Shown one piece after another: positions 19,306 through 30,296 of a stretch of DNA of 64,000 nt. Below the pieces are notes generated by a model. That model saw nothing but the letters and a program-made list of their open reading frames with translations, was not told where the DNA came from and did not search any database. Within the stretch, counting starts at the first letter, position 1. Each line of letters opens with the position of its first letter. Origin of the DNA: Chromatiales bacterium (GTDB taxonomy: Bacteria > Pseudomonadota > Gammaproteobacteria > Thiohalospirales > Thiohalospiraceae); NCBI GenBank assembly GCA_026982395.1, contig JALSHD010000100.1, positions 27 to 64,026 of the forward strand, read 5' to 3'. The translations under genes and the position numbers were made by a program.

Positions 19306-19652
19306 CCAGTGGACAGGTTTGTTGAATATATCTGGATATATCCGGTGATACAATGCTGTCCAGAGAGAGTTGCTATCCGTATGTGGGCTCTTTCACAAGC
19401 GCCAATGAGGTGGAGGGGATTGTTTCCAGGTCTCCGGCCTGATGAACGGAACCTCACTGAAAAGGACTCCTGGCCTCGATAAAAAGTCATGCGTATCGTT
19501 CTTTTATCGGAGGACAATAATTACTTGCCAGGTTCAGTTCAGTTGTCGTAACCTTGTTTATGGTATTCTCCTTGCGATTGCAGATAAAAACTTCATCCTG
19601 GCTGTTTTGCGATGCTGGTTGGCAGGAGGGAGGAGGCCAAATTGTTACTGAA

Positions 19653-19887
19653 GGGTACGCCTGAAAATGCACTTTTTTCGCGATAGCGGCGTCGGCTCGA
19701 TGCTCGAATCCTCATATATTCCTTATACAGTGCGGTTCTTGGCAATTGCTCCATTCATTGCTTTCGACTCTGGCTTCCTGCTTCGTTCTACTTCGTCCAT
19801 CCATGAGCTTGCACCTCTTGCGTCCATGCAGTCGTGTGCGCGGAGCTTCCTTGCTCTCGTGAAAAAATGCCATTTTTACAGGTGCCC
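19653..19887 (+). mobile_element. 235-bp MITE-like element, family 2, copy A
   Basis: Imperfect terminal inverted repeats (GGGTACGCCTGAAAATGCACTTTTTTCGCG vs reverse complement of the right end GGGCACCTGTAAAAATGGCATTTTTTCACG). TGAA direct repeat on both flanks (19649-19652, 19888-19891). Same length as copy B. Confidence 0.8.
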
Positions 19888-19919
19888 TGAACTCTGATTT
19901 ATCCCACGGGGGAACATTA

Positions 19920-20960
19920 ATGCAGTTTATTGCTGAATATGGTCTTTTTCTGGCGAAGGTGGTTACCATCGTTGTCGCTGTTCTGGTGCTGGTTGGGGTT
20001 GCTGTTGCACTCTCTTCCCGTCATCGCAAGGCCGAGAGCGGCCATCTTGAGGTGAATAGCCTGAACCGGAAATATGAGGAGATGTCAGATACACTGGCCG
20101 ATTCGCTGCTCTCGAAAGAGGAGCTGAAACAGAAGCACAAGCAGGAAAAAAAGCGCAGGAAAGAGGAGCAGAAAAAACATAAGAAAGATCTGAAAGAGGG
20201 CAAGACCGGGGCTAAAAAAAAACGGCTGTTTGTGCTCGATTTTGAAGGGGATATTCATGCTTCTGCCGTTGATCATCTGCGTGAGGAGATTAGCGCGATT
20301 TTGATGCTGGCTGTACCGGGCGATGAAATAGTGGTGCGGCTGGAAAGCGGGGGTGGCGTTGTTCATGGCTATGGCCTGGCGGCATCACAACTGCAGCGTA
20401 TCCGGGATCGTGATATCTCGCTTACGGTGGCGGTTGACAAGGTGGCGGCCAGCGGTGGTTATTTAATGGCGTGTGTCGCGGACAAGCTTGTTGCAGCGCC
20501 GTTTTCCATAATCGGTTCCATCGGGGTTCTGGCGCAGATTCCCAATTTCAACCGGCTGCTGAAAAAGCATGATGTGGATTTTGAGCAGCTCTACGCCGGT
20601 GAGTACAAACGCACCCTCACGTTGTTTGGTGAAAATACTGACAAGGGCCGGGAGAAAATGCAGCAGGAGCTGGAGGAGGTTCATCAGCTGTTCAAGGCAT
20701 TCATCAAGCGCCAGCGAACCGGCCTCGATGTTGCGAAGGTTGCTACCGGTGAGCACTGGCTCGGCAGCCGGGCACTGGAGCTGGGGCTGGTCGATGAGCT
20801 GTGTACCAGCGATGATTATCTGATGTCCGCACGGGAAACGGCCGATATTGTTGAGGTCAGGTTTGTCAGTAAACAGAGTTTGAAAGAGAAGCTTTCATCA
20901 CTGATGTCGTTGCGGCGGCGGGGATCACTGAAGGGAATTGACGGGCCGCTGATGATGTAG
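19920..20960 (+). CDS. sohB: Inner-membrane S49 peptidase SohB
   Basis: 346 aa. N-terminus MQFIAEYGLFLAKVVTIVV resembles SohB. Lys/Glu-rich linker, then a ClpP/S49 fold region (VAASGGYLMACVADK). Confidence 0.85.
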   Translation: MQFIAEYGLFLAKVVTIVVAVLVLVGVAVALSSRHRKAESGHLEVNSLNRKYEEMSDTLADSLLSKEELKQKHKQEKKRRKEEQKKHKKDLKEGKTGAKKKRLFVLDFEGDIHASAVDHLREEISAILMLAVPGDEIVVRLESGGGVVHGYGLAASQLQRIRDRDISLTVAVDKVAASGGYLMACVADKLVAAPFSIIGSIGVLAQIPNFNRLLKKHDVDFEQLYAGEYKRTLTLFGENTDKGREKMQQELEEVHQLFKAFIKRQRTGLDVAKVATGEHWLGSRALELGLVDELCTSDDYLMSARETADIVEVRFVSKQSLKEKLSSLMSLRRRGSLKGIDGPLMM

Positions 20961-21048
20961 TTCAGGCTTGTGCCTGAAACTACGTGTATTCCCTTTTACA
21001 CTGCGGTTCCCTTGCTATCGCAAAAAATCACTGTTTTTGGAGATCCCC
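20961..21048 (+). repeat. Internally deleted (about 85 bp) derivative of the family-2 element, copy D
   Basis: TGTGCCTGAAACTACG, TGTATTCCCTTTTACACTGCGGTTC and CCTTGCTATCGCAAAAAATCACTGTTTTTGGAGATCCCC align to the left end, an inner block and the right end of copy A. Boundaries are approximate. Confidence 0.55.
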
Positions 21049-21052
21049 ATTT

Positions 21053-23188
21053 CTACTCTGCCTGATGTCGCTGCAGATCGGCAACGACACATCGGATGAT
21101 GTCGTAGCCATAGTTGCCATCCAGTTGATCGTAGGCCGGTTTCAGCCGAGGATTGTCCAGCTCGGTTGAGCTGATGATGGCGTCCTGGATCTCCTTGAGT
21201 TCCGCATTGCTCAGGGAAACCACTTCGTTCAGTTCGATGTGGCCGGCAGCAATTGCGCTTGCGAGGTGGTTGTGAACAGTTTGTGGTTGCAGGTTGCGTT
21301 GTTCTGCGATCTGCCCAGCATTCATTCCCTGGCGGAACAGCCGCAGTGTTTCCAGCGCTGTGTCTGATGCCGGTGCTGCCCGCTCTTCACCACCATGGCC
21401 GCGGGTTACGGCGACAAAATCTTCACCGTACTGCTCCAGTTTGTGTTGACCGACGCCGGAGATCTGGCTGAATTCGGTCAGGGTTTGAGGGCGCAGCTCA
21501 ACCATCTCCATCAGTGTGGCATCATGGAAAACCACGTAGGGAGGCACCCCGAGTTGATCGGCCAGCTCCTTGCGTTTCTGGCGCAGCGCTTCCCAGAGCA
21601 CCGAATCCGCATTGCTGACAAAATGTTTTCTTGTGCGGCTGGCCGCCTGCTTTTTCTCTTTTTTTCTGTCCTTGCGCAGTTTCAGCTGTTGTTCCCCTCG
21701 CAGCAGTGGGCGGCAGAGATCTGTCAGGCGCAGCGAACCGTGTCCTTCGACATCCACAGTGATGTAACCCAGCGCCACCAGCTGCCTGAACACCGATCGC
21801 CACTGGTTGACATCAAGCTCGGTTCCAATACCCCAGGTACTGAGCTGATGGTGGCCAAACCGTTGAATCCGCGCGTTCTCCTGGCCGAGCAGCACATCAA
21901 TCAGGTAGTTGACTCCAAAACGCTGGCCGGTGCGATAGACGCAGGAGAGAGCCTTGCGTGCTGCCTCGGTTCCGTCCCAGGTTTCAGGCGGCTCCAGGCA
22001 GGTGTCACAGTTACCGCAGGGTTGTTTCAGTTGTTCACCAAAGTAGGCCAACAGCACCTGGCGGCGGCAGCGGATGACTTCGCACAGTCCCAGCATGGCC
22101 TCAAGCTTCTGCCGCTCGATGCGTTTCTGGGCATCATCGGTCTGGGATGATTCCAGCATCTGGCGCAGCATGATTACATCCTGCAGGCCGTAGGCCATCC
22201 AGGCATCGGCTGGCAGTCCGTCCCGCCCGGCGCGTCCAGTCTCCTGATAGTAGGACTCCAGGCTTTTGGGCAGATCGAGGTGGGCGACAAAGCGCACATC
22301 CGGTTTGTCGATGCCCATGCCGAAGGCGATAGTGGCAACGATGACAACCCCCTCTTCGTCAAGAAAGCGCTTCTGATTTTCCCGCCGTACTTTCAAAGGC
22401 AGTCCCGCATGGTAGGGCAGAGCTTTCCATCCATTGCGCACGAGCCATGACGCTGTCTCTTCCACTTTCTTGCGGGAGAGACAGTAAACTATGCCGGCAT
22501 TTCCTTTATGTTCATTGCAGAGGAATCGCAGCAGCTGCTCGCGGGCATTCTGTTTTTCTGTAATCCGGTAGCGAATGTTTGGGCGGTCGAAGCTGCTGAT
22601 AAATGTTTTGCCGTTTTGCAGCGCCAGCCGCTGCAGGATATCAGCACGGGTTACTTCGTCAGCGGTAGCGGTTAGTGCAATGCGTGGAACTTGGGGAAAG
22701 CGTTCTTGCAGAATGGATAGCTGGATATATTCCGGGCGGAAATCATGCCCCCACTGGGATACGCAGTGGGCCTCATCAATGGCAAACAGTGCCAGTGGCG
22801 CCTGTTCCAGCAGGTTCAGCATCCGCGGCATCAAAAGCCGCTCCGGCGCCACGTAGAGCAGCTCCAGTTCATTGGCGAGCAGCTGCTGTTCCACCTGCAC
22901 GGCCTCAGCGGATGTCAGCGTGGAGTTGAGAAAAGCAGCGCGCACTCCGGACTGGATAAGGGCATCCACCTGATCCTGCATCAGTGCGATCAGTGGTGAA
23001 ACCACGATACCGACACCGTCACGCACCATGGCCGGGATCTGGTAACAGAGTGACTTTCCACCGCCGGTGGGCATCAGTACCAGTGCATCACCTCCGTCAA
23101 TCAGCTGCTGGATAATTGCCGCCTGATCGAGCCGGAACTCGTCGTAGCCAAAGGTGGTATTCAGAATCTGTATGGCGGATTTATTCAT
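21053..23188 (-). CDS. recQ: ATP-dependent DNA helicase RecQ
   Basis: 711 aa. FGYDEFRLDQ...LVLMPTGGGKSLCYQIPA, DEAH box (AIDEAHCVSQWGHDFRPEY), Zn-binding Cys cluster, HRDC region and a C-terminal extension. Confidence 0.95.
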   Translation of the reverse strand: MNKSAIQILNTTFGYDEFRLDQAAIIQQLIDGGDALVLMPTGGGKSLCYQIPAMVRDGVGIVVSPLIALMQDQVDALIQSGVRAAFLNSTLTSAEAVQVEQQLLANELELLYVAPERLLMPRMLNLLEQAPLALFAIDEAHCVSQWGHDFRPEYIQLSILQERFPQVPRIALTATADEVTRADILQRLALQNGKTFISSFDRPNIRYRITEKQNAREQLLRFLCNEHKGNAGIVYCLSRKKVEETASWLVRNGWKALPYHAGLPLKVRRENQKRFLDEEGVVIVATIAFGMGIDKPDVRFVAHLDLPKSLESYYQETGRAGRDGLPADAWMAYGLQDVIMLRQMLESSQTDDAQKRIERQKLEAMLGLCEVIRCRRQVLLAYFGEQLKQPCGNCDTCLEPPETWDGTEAARKALSCVYRTGQRFGVNYLIDVLLGQENARIQRFGHHQLSTWGIGTELDVNQWRSVFRQLVALGYITVDVEGHGSLRLTDLCRPLLRGEQQLKLRKDRKKEKKQAASRTRKHFVSNADSVLWEALRQKRKELADQLGVPPYVVFHDATLMEMVELRPQTLTEFSQISGVGQHKLEQYGEDFVAVTRGHGGEERAAPASDTALETLRLFRQGMNAGQIAEQRNLQPQTVHNHLASAIAAGHIELNEVVSLSNAELKEIQDAIISSTELDNPRLKPAYDQLDGNYGYDIIRCVVADLQRHQAE

Positions 23189-23273
23189 TGATATCCATTT
23201 TACCGGGATTTGTTATTGATATTGCAAAAAAACACAGGTTATGTATTAGAAGTAATTTATATTATATAAGTCT

Positions 23274-23300
23274 TAAAGAATGTATGGCTGGCGCCGATAA
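23274..23300 (+). promoter_or_regulatory. Sigma-28 (FliA) type promoter upstream of the chemoreceptor gene
   Basis: TAAAGAAT-N11-GCCGATAA compared with the consensus TAAAGTTT-N11-GCCGATAA. The -10 element is exact and the spacing is exact. Lies 133 nt upstream of the ATG at 23433. Confidence 0.6.
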
Positions 23301-23432
23301 TCTTCGTAACCAGTGGGGCGGGTCTGGAATAGTGATAAAACGTGATGGCCACATATTGAACACCGATAAAGAAAATCTCTCCAGTTCGGAATACGGGCGC
23401 AGGGAGCTGGATAATAAAACGGGGAAAAGAGA

Positions 23433-25451
23433 ATGAAACTGACGATCCGGAATAAACTGTTCCTCGGCTTTGGTATAGTGCTCGCCTCTGTCACACTGAT
23501 TTCAATCAATAACATAATCATGATGGATAATATCTCCGAAGATGAGCGTCGTCTGACGGAGCTGCGCCTGCCGACAGTGGTCACCGGCATGGAACTGACC
23601 GACGGAATCCACCTCTCACTGGCAGGGTTGCGAGGTTATCTGATTCTCGGCAAGGATCCCTCCATGGCCGATAAATTCAAGGTGGAACGTCAAAAAGGCT
23701 GGGATGAGATCGACCAGGCTCTGAAGGAGATGGAGAGGCTGTCAAAAAACTGGACTGATCCGGATAACATCGTGCTTTTGAACAGGTTGAAGAGAGAGAT
23801 TGAGGCGTTTCGTACTGCCCAGCAGGAGGTGGAAAATATTGCACATACTTCCGGAAATATCCCGTCTCTTAATATACTGTTGACCGAGGCCGCTCCGCGA
23901 GCCGAAAAAATTATCGCTGCCATTACCACCATGATCGAGGAAGAGGCTGTTCTGCCCGCCAGCCCGGAACGCAAGAAGTTGCTGAAGCTGTTGGCCGATA
24001 GCCGTGGTTCTTTCGCATTGGGTTTGGCCAATATTCGTGCCTATCTGCTTTCCGGAGAAAATCGTTTTTCAGAAAAATTTCACTCCAAGTGGGAAACAAA
24101 CCAGACCCGTTTCAATCAGATTTCGGAAATGACCGATCTGTTTAATTTCCGGCAGCTCAAGGCGTGGAACAGTTATAAAAAAATGCGTGCTGAATTCGCT
24201 CCCTTGCCCCCAAAAATGTTCGATCTGCGCAGTAGCAAGGAGTGGAATCTGGCCAATCACTGGCTGGGCACCAGGGCAGCTCCGAAAGCCGAAACGATTA
24301 TGAATATTCTTACTCAGATGCGTGCCTCACAGGAGCGCCTGGCTGCCCGAGATAAAGAGCGCCTGGAGCGAGATACCTCTACCATGAAAATCGTTATGAT
24401 TGTCGGAATGCTGGTTGCTCTGGTGCTCGGTATCTTTATCGCGGTAGTCATCAGTCGAATGATCACGGTGCCACTGAGCGAGGTGGTGGAGCGAACCAAA
24501 TTGATTGCCCGTGGCGACCTGACCGGTTCACCTTTGGTATCAAGAGGAGATGATGAGCTGGCCGAGTTAAGCAATGCTATAAACAAGATGAGTGGCAGCC
24601 TGCAGGGTGTGGTCAGACAGATTTCCGGTTCCGCGCAACATATCGGCAGCTCCTCCAGGGAGTTGTCGGAAATTACCGAGCAGACCAGCCAAAGTATTAC
24701 CGAACAGCAGTCGCAAACAGAAAAGGTCGCTACGGCGATGAGTAAAATGAGTACCACTGTGCAGGAAGTGAGCAGCAATATTGCCGGTACGGCCCAGGCT
24801 GCCGGCGAGGCCAACATGGAGACTGCCGAGGGTCGCAGGATGGTGGGTGATGCCATTGAGGCCATCCAGCAGCTGGCTGGACAGATTGAAAATGCTGCGG
24901 ATGTTATTCATCAAGTAGAGCAGGACAGTGAAAACATCAGCACAGTGCTGGATGTGATTAAAGGAGTGGCCGAGCAGACCAACCTGTTGGCACTGAACGC
25001 AGCAATTGAGGCAGCCAGAGCAGGAGAGCAGGGGCGCGGTTTTGCCGTAGTTGCTGATGAGGTAAGAACCCTGGCCGGTTGCACCCGACAGTCTACCGAA
25101 GAGATCAATCAAGTGATCGAGAAACTCCAGGTTGGTTCGCGAAAGGCAGTAGAGGTGATGAATCAGAGCCGGGAGCAGGCGCAGGCTGTAGTGGAGCAGG
25201 CCACCAATGCTGGTTCATCACTGACTGCGATTTCTGCAGCGGTTGAACGGATAAATGATATGAGTACCCAGATCGCCAGTGCGGCAGAGCAGCAAAGCAC
25301 TACGGCAGAGGAGGTCAATAACAATATTTCAGGTATTACCCGGATGGCGAATGAAACCGCTGGCGCTGCGCAGAAAACTGCCAGCGCGAGCGAGGATTTG
25401 GCTCGACTGGGCAGTGAACTGCAGGGGCTGGTAGGAAAATTCAGGGCTTGA
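23433..25451 (+). CDS. Methyl-accepting chemotaxis protein
   Basis: 672 aa. TM1, a periplasmic helical sensor domain of about 300 aa, TM2, HAMP, and the conserved signalling hairpin ([32 protein letters not shown]). Confidence 0.95.
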   Translation: MKLTIRNKLFLGFGIVLASVTLISINNIIMMDNISEDERRLTELRLPTVVTGMELTDGIHLSLAGLRGYLILGKDPSMADKFKVERQKGWDEIDQALKEMERLSKNWTDPDNIVLLNRLKREIEAFRTAQQEVENIAHTSGNIPSLNILLTEAAPRAEKIIAAITTMIEEEAVLPASPERKKLLKLLADSRGSFALGLANIRAYLLSGENRFSEKFHSKWETNQTRFNQISEMTDLFNFRQLKAWNSYKKMRAEFAPLPPKMFDLRSSKEWNLANHWLGTRAAPKAETIMNILTQMRASQERLAARDKERLERDTSTMKIVMIVGMLVALVLGIFIAVVISRMITVPLSEVVERTKLIARGDLTGSPLVSRGDDELAELSNAINKMSGSLQGVVRQISGSAQHIGSSSRELSEITEQTSQSITEQQSQTEKVATAMSKMSTTVQEVSSNIAGTAQAAGEANMETAEGRRMVGDAIEAIQQLAGQIENAADVIHQVEQDSENISTVLDVIKGVAEQTNLLALNAAIEAARAGEQGRGFAVVADEVRTLAGCTRQSTEEINQVIEKLQVGSRKAVEVMNQSREQAQAVVEQATNAGSSLTAISAAVERINDMSTQIASAAEQQSTTAEEVNNNISGITRMANETAGAAQKTASASEDLARLGSELQGLVGKFRA

Positions 25452-25482
25452 GAAATTGTCCGTTGTCCTGGACGGTTGTTGT

Positions 25483-26478
25483 TTACTGCTCAAGTGTCAC
25501 TATTTTGTTGTAATTGCTGTATACCGCGCTTTCTTCAGGGAAGAACTCCAGCATTGCCGAGACATACCTGTCAAAGGGGTTTCTGATCCCTGCAATCCGG
25601 GAAGTATGTTGCCGGGACAGGCCGTGGGTGTTGAAACGAATCAGGAAAGGAACTGGATAGTCGGTACCAAACAGTATCTTATGGTGCACCTGCTTTTGTT
25701 TGGCAAGATGTGGCAGTGCTCTGGCTCGTAACGGAATGAGTATGGCGGAAATATCAGCATACAGGTTTTCATGTTCTTCGAGCATTTTCAGCAGCTGAAA
25801 ATAGTCGCTGTCAAACCAGATCGGATTCCGGGACAGGTTGCGCCAGGGTAGCAGTTTGTGATTGAATTGACCCAGCCCCATATGTGCGGCGATGACGGTA
25901 ACCCCTACCTCCAGCGGAAGGTTCAGCATATTGATCCCTTCAAAACATTTCTCCGAGTCAATGGAGTACTCGCTGCCGATGTGGATGATCAGCGGAAGGT
26001 TGTTCTCCCTGAGTTTTTCGTAGTAGGGAATCAGGTCGGGGCGGTTGAGATCAACTCCCCAGTAGTTCTGCAGAAATTTTGCCCCACGGCACCCTTTCTC
26101 TACATATTCATCAATCAGATCAAGCGCATTCAGGCGCAGCGGATTGATGGAAAAAAAAGGGATGAACTGCTGCGGGTAGCGGGATGTTGCTTTGATAACA
26201 TCCTCGCTCATGGCGCAGACGGTTCGATCCCGGCCGCACTCCCGGCCCTTGCTGTCTATCCGGCAGTCCACACCAAACAGGCAGGTTTTGTCTACAAACC
26301 GGGATTCGGCGACGGCGCGGGCCATGGAGGTTACATAGGTCTCCCAGGGTCTGGCTTTCAGTTCACGGGGATCGACACCGAGATTTTTTGCAAAAAAAAG
26401 CACCGCAATCTTGTCCATGAGTCGATCGAAACGTACCTGTGGGCTAAGCAGGTGGGTGTGAATGTCGATGGTTTTCAT
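25483..26478 (-). CDS. Amidohydrolase-family (TIM-barrel metal-dependent) hydrolase
   Basis: 331 aa. N-terminal IDIHTHL metal-binding motif typical of amidohydrolase_2 proteins. Confidence 0.7.
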   Translation of the reverse strand: MKTIDIHTHLLSPQVRFDRLMDKIAVLFFAKNLGVDPRELKARPWETYVTSMARAVAESRFVDKTCLFGVDCRIDSKGRECGRDRTVCAMSEDVIKATSRYPQQFIPFFSINPLRLNALDLIDEYVEKGCRGAKFLQNYWGVDLNRPDLIPYYEKLRENNLPLIIHIGSEYSIDSEKCFEGINMLNLPLEVGVTVIAAHMGLGQFNHKLLPWRNLSRNPIWFDSDYFQLLKMLEEHENLYADISAILIPLRARALPHLAKQKQVHHKILFGTDYPVPFLIRFNTHGLSRQHTSRIAGIRNPFDRYVSAMLEFFPEESAVYSNYNKIVTLEQ

Positions 26479-26590
26479 ATTCTGGAAGAAAGGGTATTGT
26501 TGCCGGAGGTGTGAACGAGGATTCGTCGGTCAGACTGTTTTCATCAGATGACCCGCAGAATCGGAATGGTTTCTCCGGTTCTTCCAGATG

Positions 26591-28076
<1,486 letters not shown>

Positions 28077-28080
<4 letters not shown>

Positions 28081-28898
28081 ATATCGCGTAGCAGTTCGTT
28101 GATGCCCACCTTGGAACGGGTTTTTTCGTCCACCTGCTTGACGATTACGGCGCAGTAGAGGCTGTAGCTGCCATCTTTGGAAGGGAGGCTGCCGGATACG
28201 ACCACCGATCCGGCGGGGATGCGGCCGTAGCTGATTTCACCGGTTTCGCGGTTGTAGATTCTGGTGCTCTGACCGATGTAGACTCCCATGGAGATTACCG
28301 ATCCCTGTTCGACAACCACTCCCTCCACCACCTCGGATCGGGCGCCGATGAAGCAGTTGTCCTCGATGATGGTGGGATTGGCCTGCAGTGGTTCCAGGAC
28401 GCCGCCGATCCCAACGCCGCCGGAGAGGTGGACGTTCTTTCCGATTTGGGCGCAGGAGCCGACAGTGGCCCAGGTATCCACCATGGTGCCGCTGTCTACA
28501 TAGGCCCCGATGTTGACGTAGGAGGGCATCAGCACCACGCCCGGAGCAACGTAGGAGCCTTTGCGTACTGTTGCCGGTGGTACTACCCGCACGCCACTTT
28601 CCCGGAAATCACGGGCGCTGTGGTCGAGATATTTGGCGTCCACCTTGTCGTAATAGTTGGTGAATGCACCCGCCATGAAGCGGTTGTCCGCAATGCGGAA
28701 AGAGAGTAGTACCGCCTTCTTCAGCCACTGGTGTACTACCCACTTTCCGCCGATCTTTTCCGCAACACGCAGTTTTCCACTGTCCAGCAGGTGGATGGCA
28801 TCTTCCACCGCCTCCTTGATATGGGTCTCTACGCTGCGCGGTGTGATCTCGGCGCGGTTTTCAAAAGCTTGTTCAATTACTTCCTGGATATGCTTCAT
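28077..28898 (-). CDS. dapD: 2,3,4,5-tetrahydropyridine-2,6-dicarboxylate N-succinyltransferase
   Basis: 273 aa with hexapeptide-repeat left-handed beta-helix sequence and dap cluster context. Confidence 0.9.
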
Positions 28899-28925
28899 AA
28901 ATTTCTCCGGTAAAAATTATTTCTG

Positions 28926-29077
28926 GTAACTACTCAGCTTGCTTCTGAAACGCGCCATCTCTGCGTTGGGAAATGGTCATTTACCCGTGTAAACGCACAT
29001 TTCCCGCCTTGATCTGACGCGTTTCGGAAGCAATCTGAGCAGTTATACAACCTGTTCATTACTCGCTGAGTAGTTAC
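28926..29077. mobile_element. 152-bp MITE-like element, family 1, copy 2
   Basis: Perfect 13-bp inverted termini GTAACTACTCAGC / GCTGAGTAGTTAC. Flanked by TATTTCTG (28918-28925) and TGTTTCTG (29078-29085). The dapC stop codon (29074-29076) lies inside the right terminus. Confidence 0.85.
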
Positions 29078-30279
29078 TGTTTCTGTTTGTTTTCAATGAA
29101 ATTGCGGATGCGTTTTGCCGCATCGATACATTCGTCCAGCGGAGCGACCAGGGCCATGCGTACCCGGTTTTGTCCTGGATTGATTCCGTGTGCCTCGCGG
29201 GACAGATAGCTGCCCGGCAGTACGGTAACATTTTGCTGGGCGTACAATTCGCGGGCAAAATCGGTGTCGCCGGATTCTGTTCGGGGCCAGAGATAAAAGC
29301 CCGCTTCCGGCTGGCTTACCTCCATTACCGGAGCCAGAATCTCCAGCACTGCCGAGAATTTTTGCTGATACAGGCGCCGGTTGTCGATTACATGCTGCTC
29401 GTCACTCCATGCCTTGATGCTGGCTGCCTGGGCAGGGGGGGGCATGGCGCTGCCGTGGTAGGTTCGATAGAGCAGAAATTGCTCGATAATCCCGGCGTCA
29501 CCGGCAACAAATCCGGAGCGCAGGCCAGGCACGTTGGAGCGTTTCGACAGGCTGTGGAAAACCACGCAGCGCCTGAAATTGTCTCGCCCCAGTGCAGCGG
29601 CCGCCTGCAGCAATCCCGGTGGCGGTTTCTGTTCGTCAAAATAGATCTCGGAGTAGCACTCGTCCGAGGCGATGATGAAATCGTGTTCATCCGCCAGCCG
29701 GATCAGCTGTTGCAGCATCTCCAGACCGGCAACCGCACCGGTGGGATTGCCTGGTGAACAGAGATAGAGCAACTGGCAGCGCCGCCAGATGGCATCGGGT
29801 ACGGTGTTTAAATCCGGAAGAAAACCGTTCTCCGCATAGGTGTTCAGATACCATGGCTCTGCACCGGCCAGCAGCGCTGCTCCCTCATAGATCTGATAGA
29901 AAGGGTTTGGCATGATGACAACCGGCCGGGTGGAGCGATTAATCACCGTCTGGGCAAACGCAAACAGCGCCTCACGAGTACCGTTTACCGGTAGTACCTG
30001 CTGCTCCGCATCGATAGCATTGTCTCCAAGACTGTAACGCCGGGTCAGCCAGTGTGCTATGGTTTCCCGCAGTGCCGGAGTACCCTTGGTAAGCGGGTAG
30101 GCTGAAAGCCCGTGCAGATGGGCAAGCAGCTCTTGGGCGATGAAGTGGGGTGCTGCATGGCGTGGCTCCCCGACAGAGAGCGGAATATGATCTCTGTTCT
30201 GTGGCGGGGTGATACCCCCTTTCAGCTGAGCGAGCCTGGCGAAGGGGTAGGGTTGCAGTTTGTTCAGTTCGGGATTCAT
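29074..30279 (-). CDS. dapC: Succinyldiaminopimelate aminotransferase (class I/II aminotransferase)
   Basis: Start chosen at MNPELNKLQPYPF (30279); the ORF extends to 30321. Class-I aminotransferase motifs (SLSKRSNVPGLRSG contains the PLP lysine context). Adjacent to dapD. Confidence 0.8.
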   Translation of the reverse strand: MNPELNKLQPYPFARLAQLKGGITPPQNRDHIPLSVGEPRHAAPHFIAQELLAHLHGLSAYPLTKGTPALRETIAHWLTRRYSLGDNAIDAEQQVLPVNGTREALFAFAQTVINRSTRPVVIMPNPFYQIYEGAALLAGAEPWYLNTYAENGFLPDLNTVPDAIWRRCQLLYLCSPGNPTGAVAGLEMLQQLIRLADEHDFIIASDECYSEIYFDEQKPPPGLLQAAAALGRDNFRRCVVFHSLSKRSNVPGLRSGFVAGDAGIIEQFLLYRTYHGSAMPPPAQAASIKAWSDEQHVIDNRRLYQQKFSAVLEILAPVMEVSQPEAGFYLWPRTESGDTDFARELYAQQNVTVLPGSYLSREAHGINPGQNRVRMALVAPLDECIDAAKRIRNFIENKQKQ

Positions 30280-30296
30280 AAAGCGGAACAGTATAA

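Noticed and set aside
19667-19897. 76-codon ORFs carried by every full family-2 repeat (also 51584-51814 and within 63266-63850), which an annotator would call a conserved hypothetical protein family
   Set aside because: Between copies A and B, the 48 substitutions fall 14/17/17 on codon positions 1/2/3. Of the 35 differing codons, 28 change the amino acid. That is no coding-type constraint, so the open frame is most likely incidental to the repeat.
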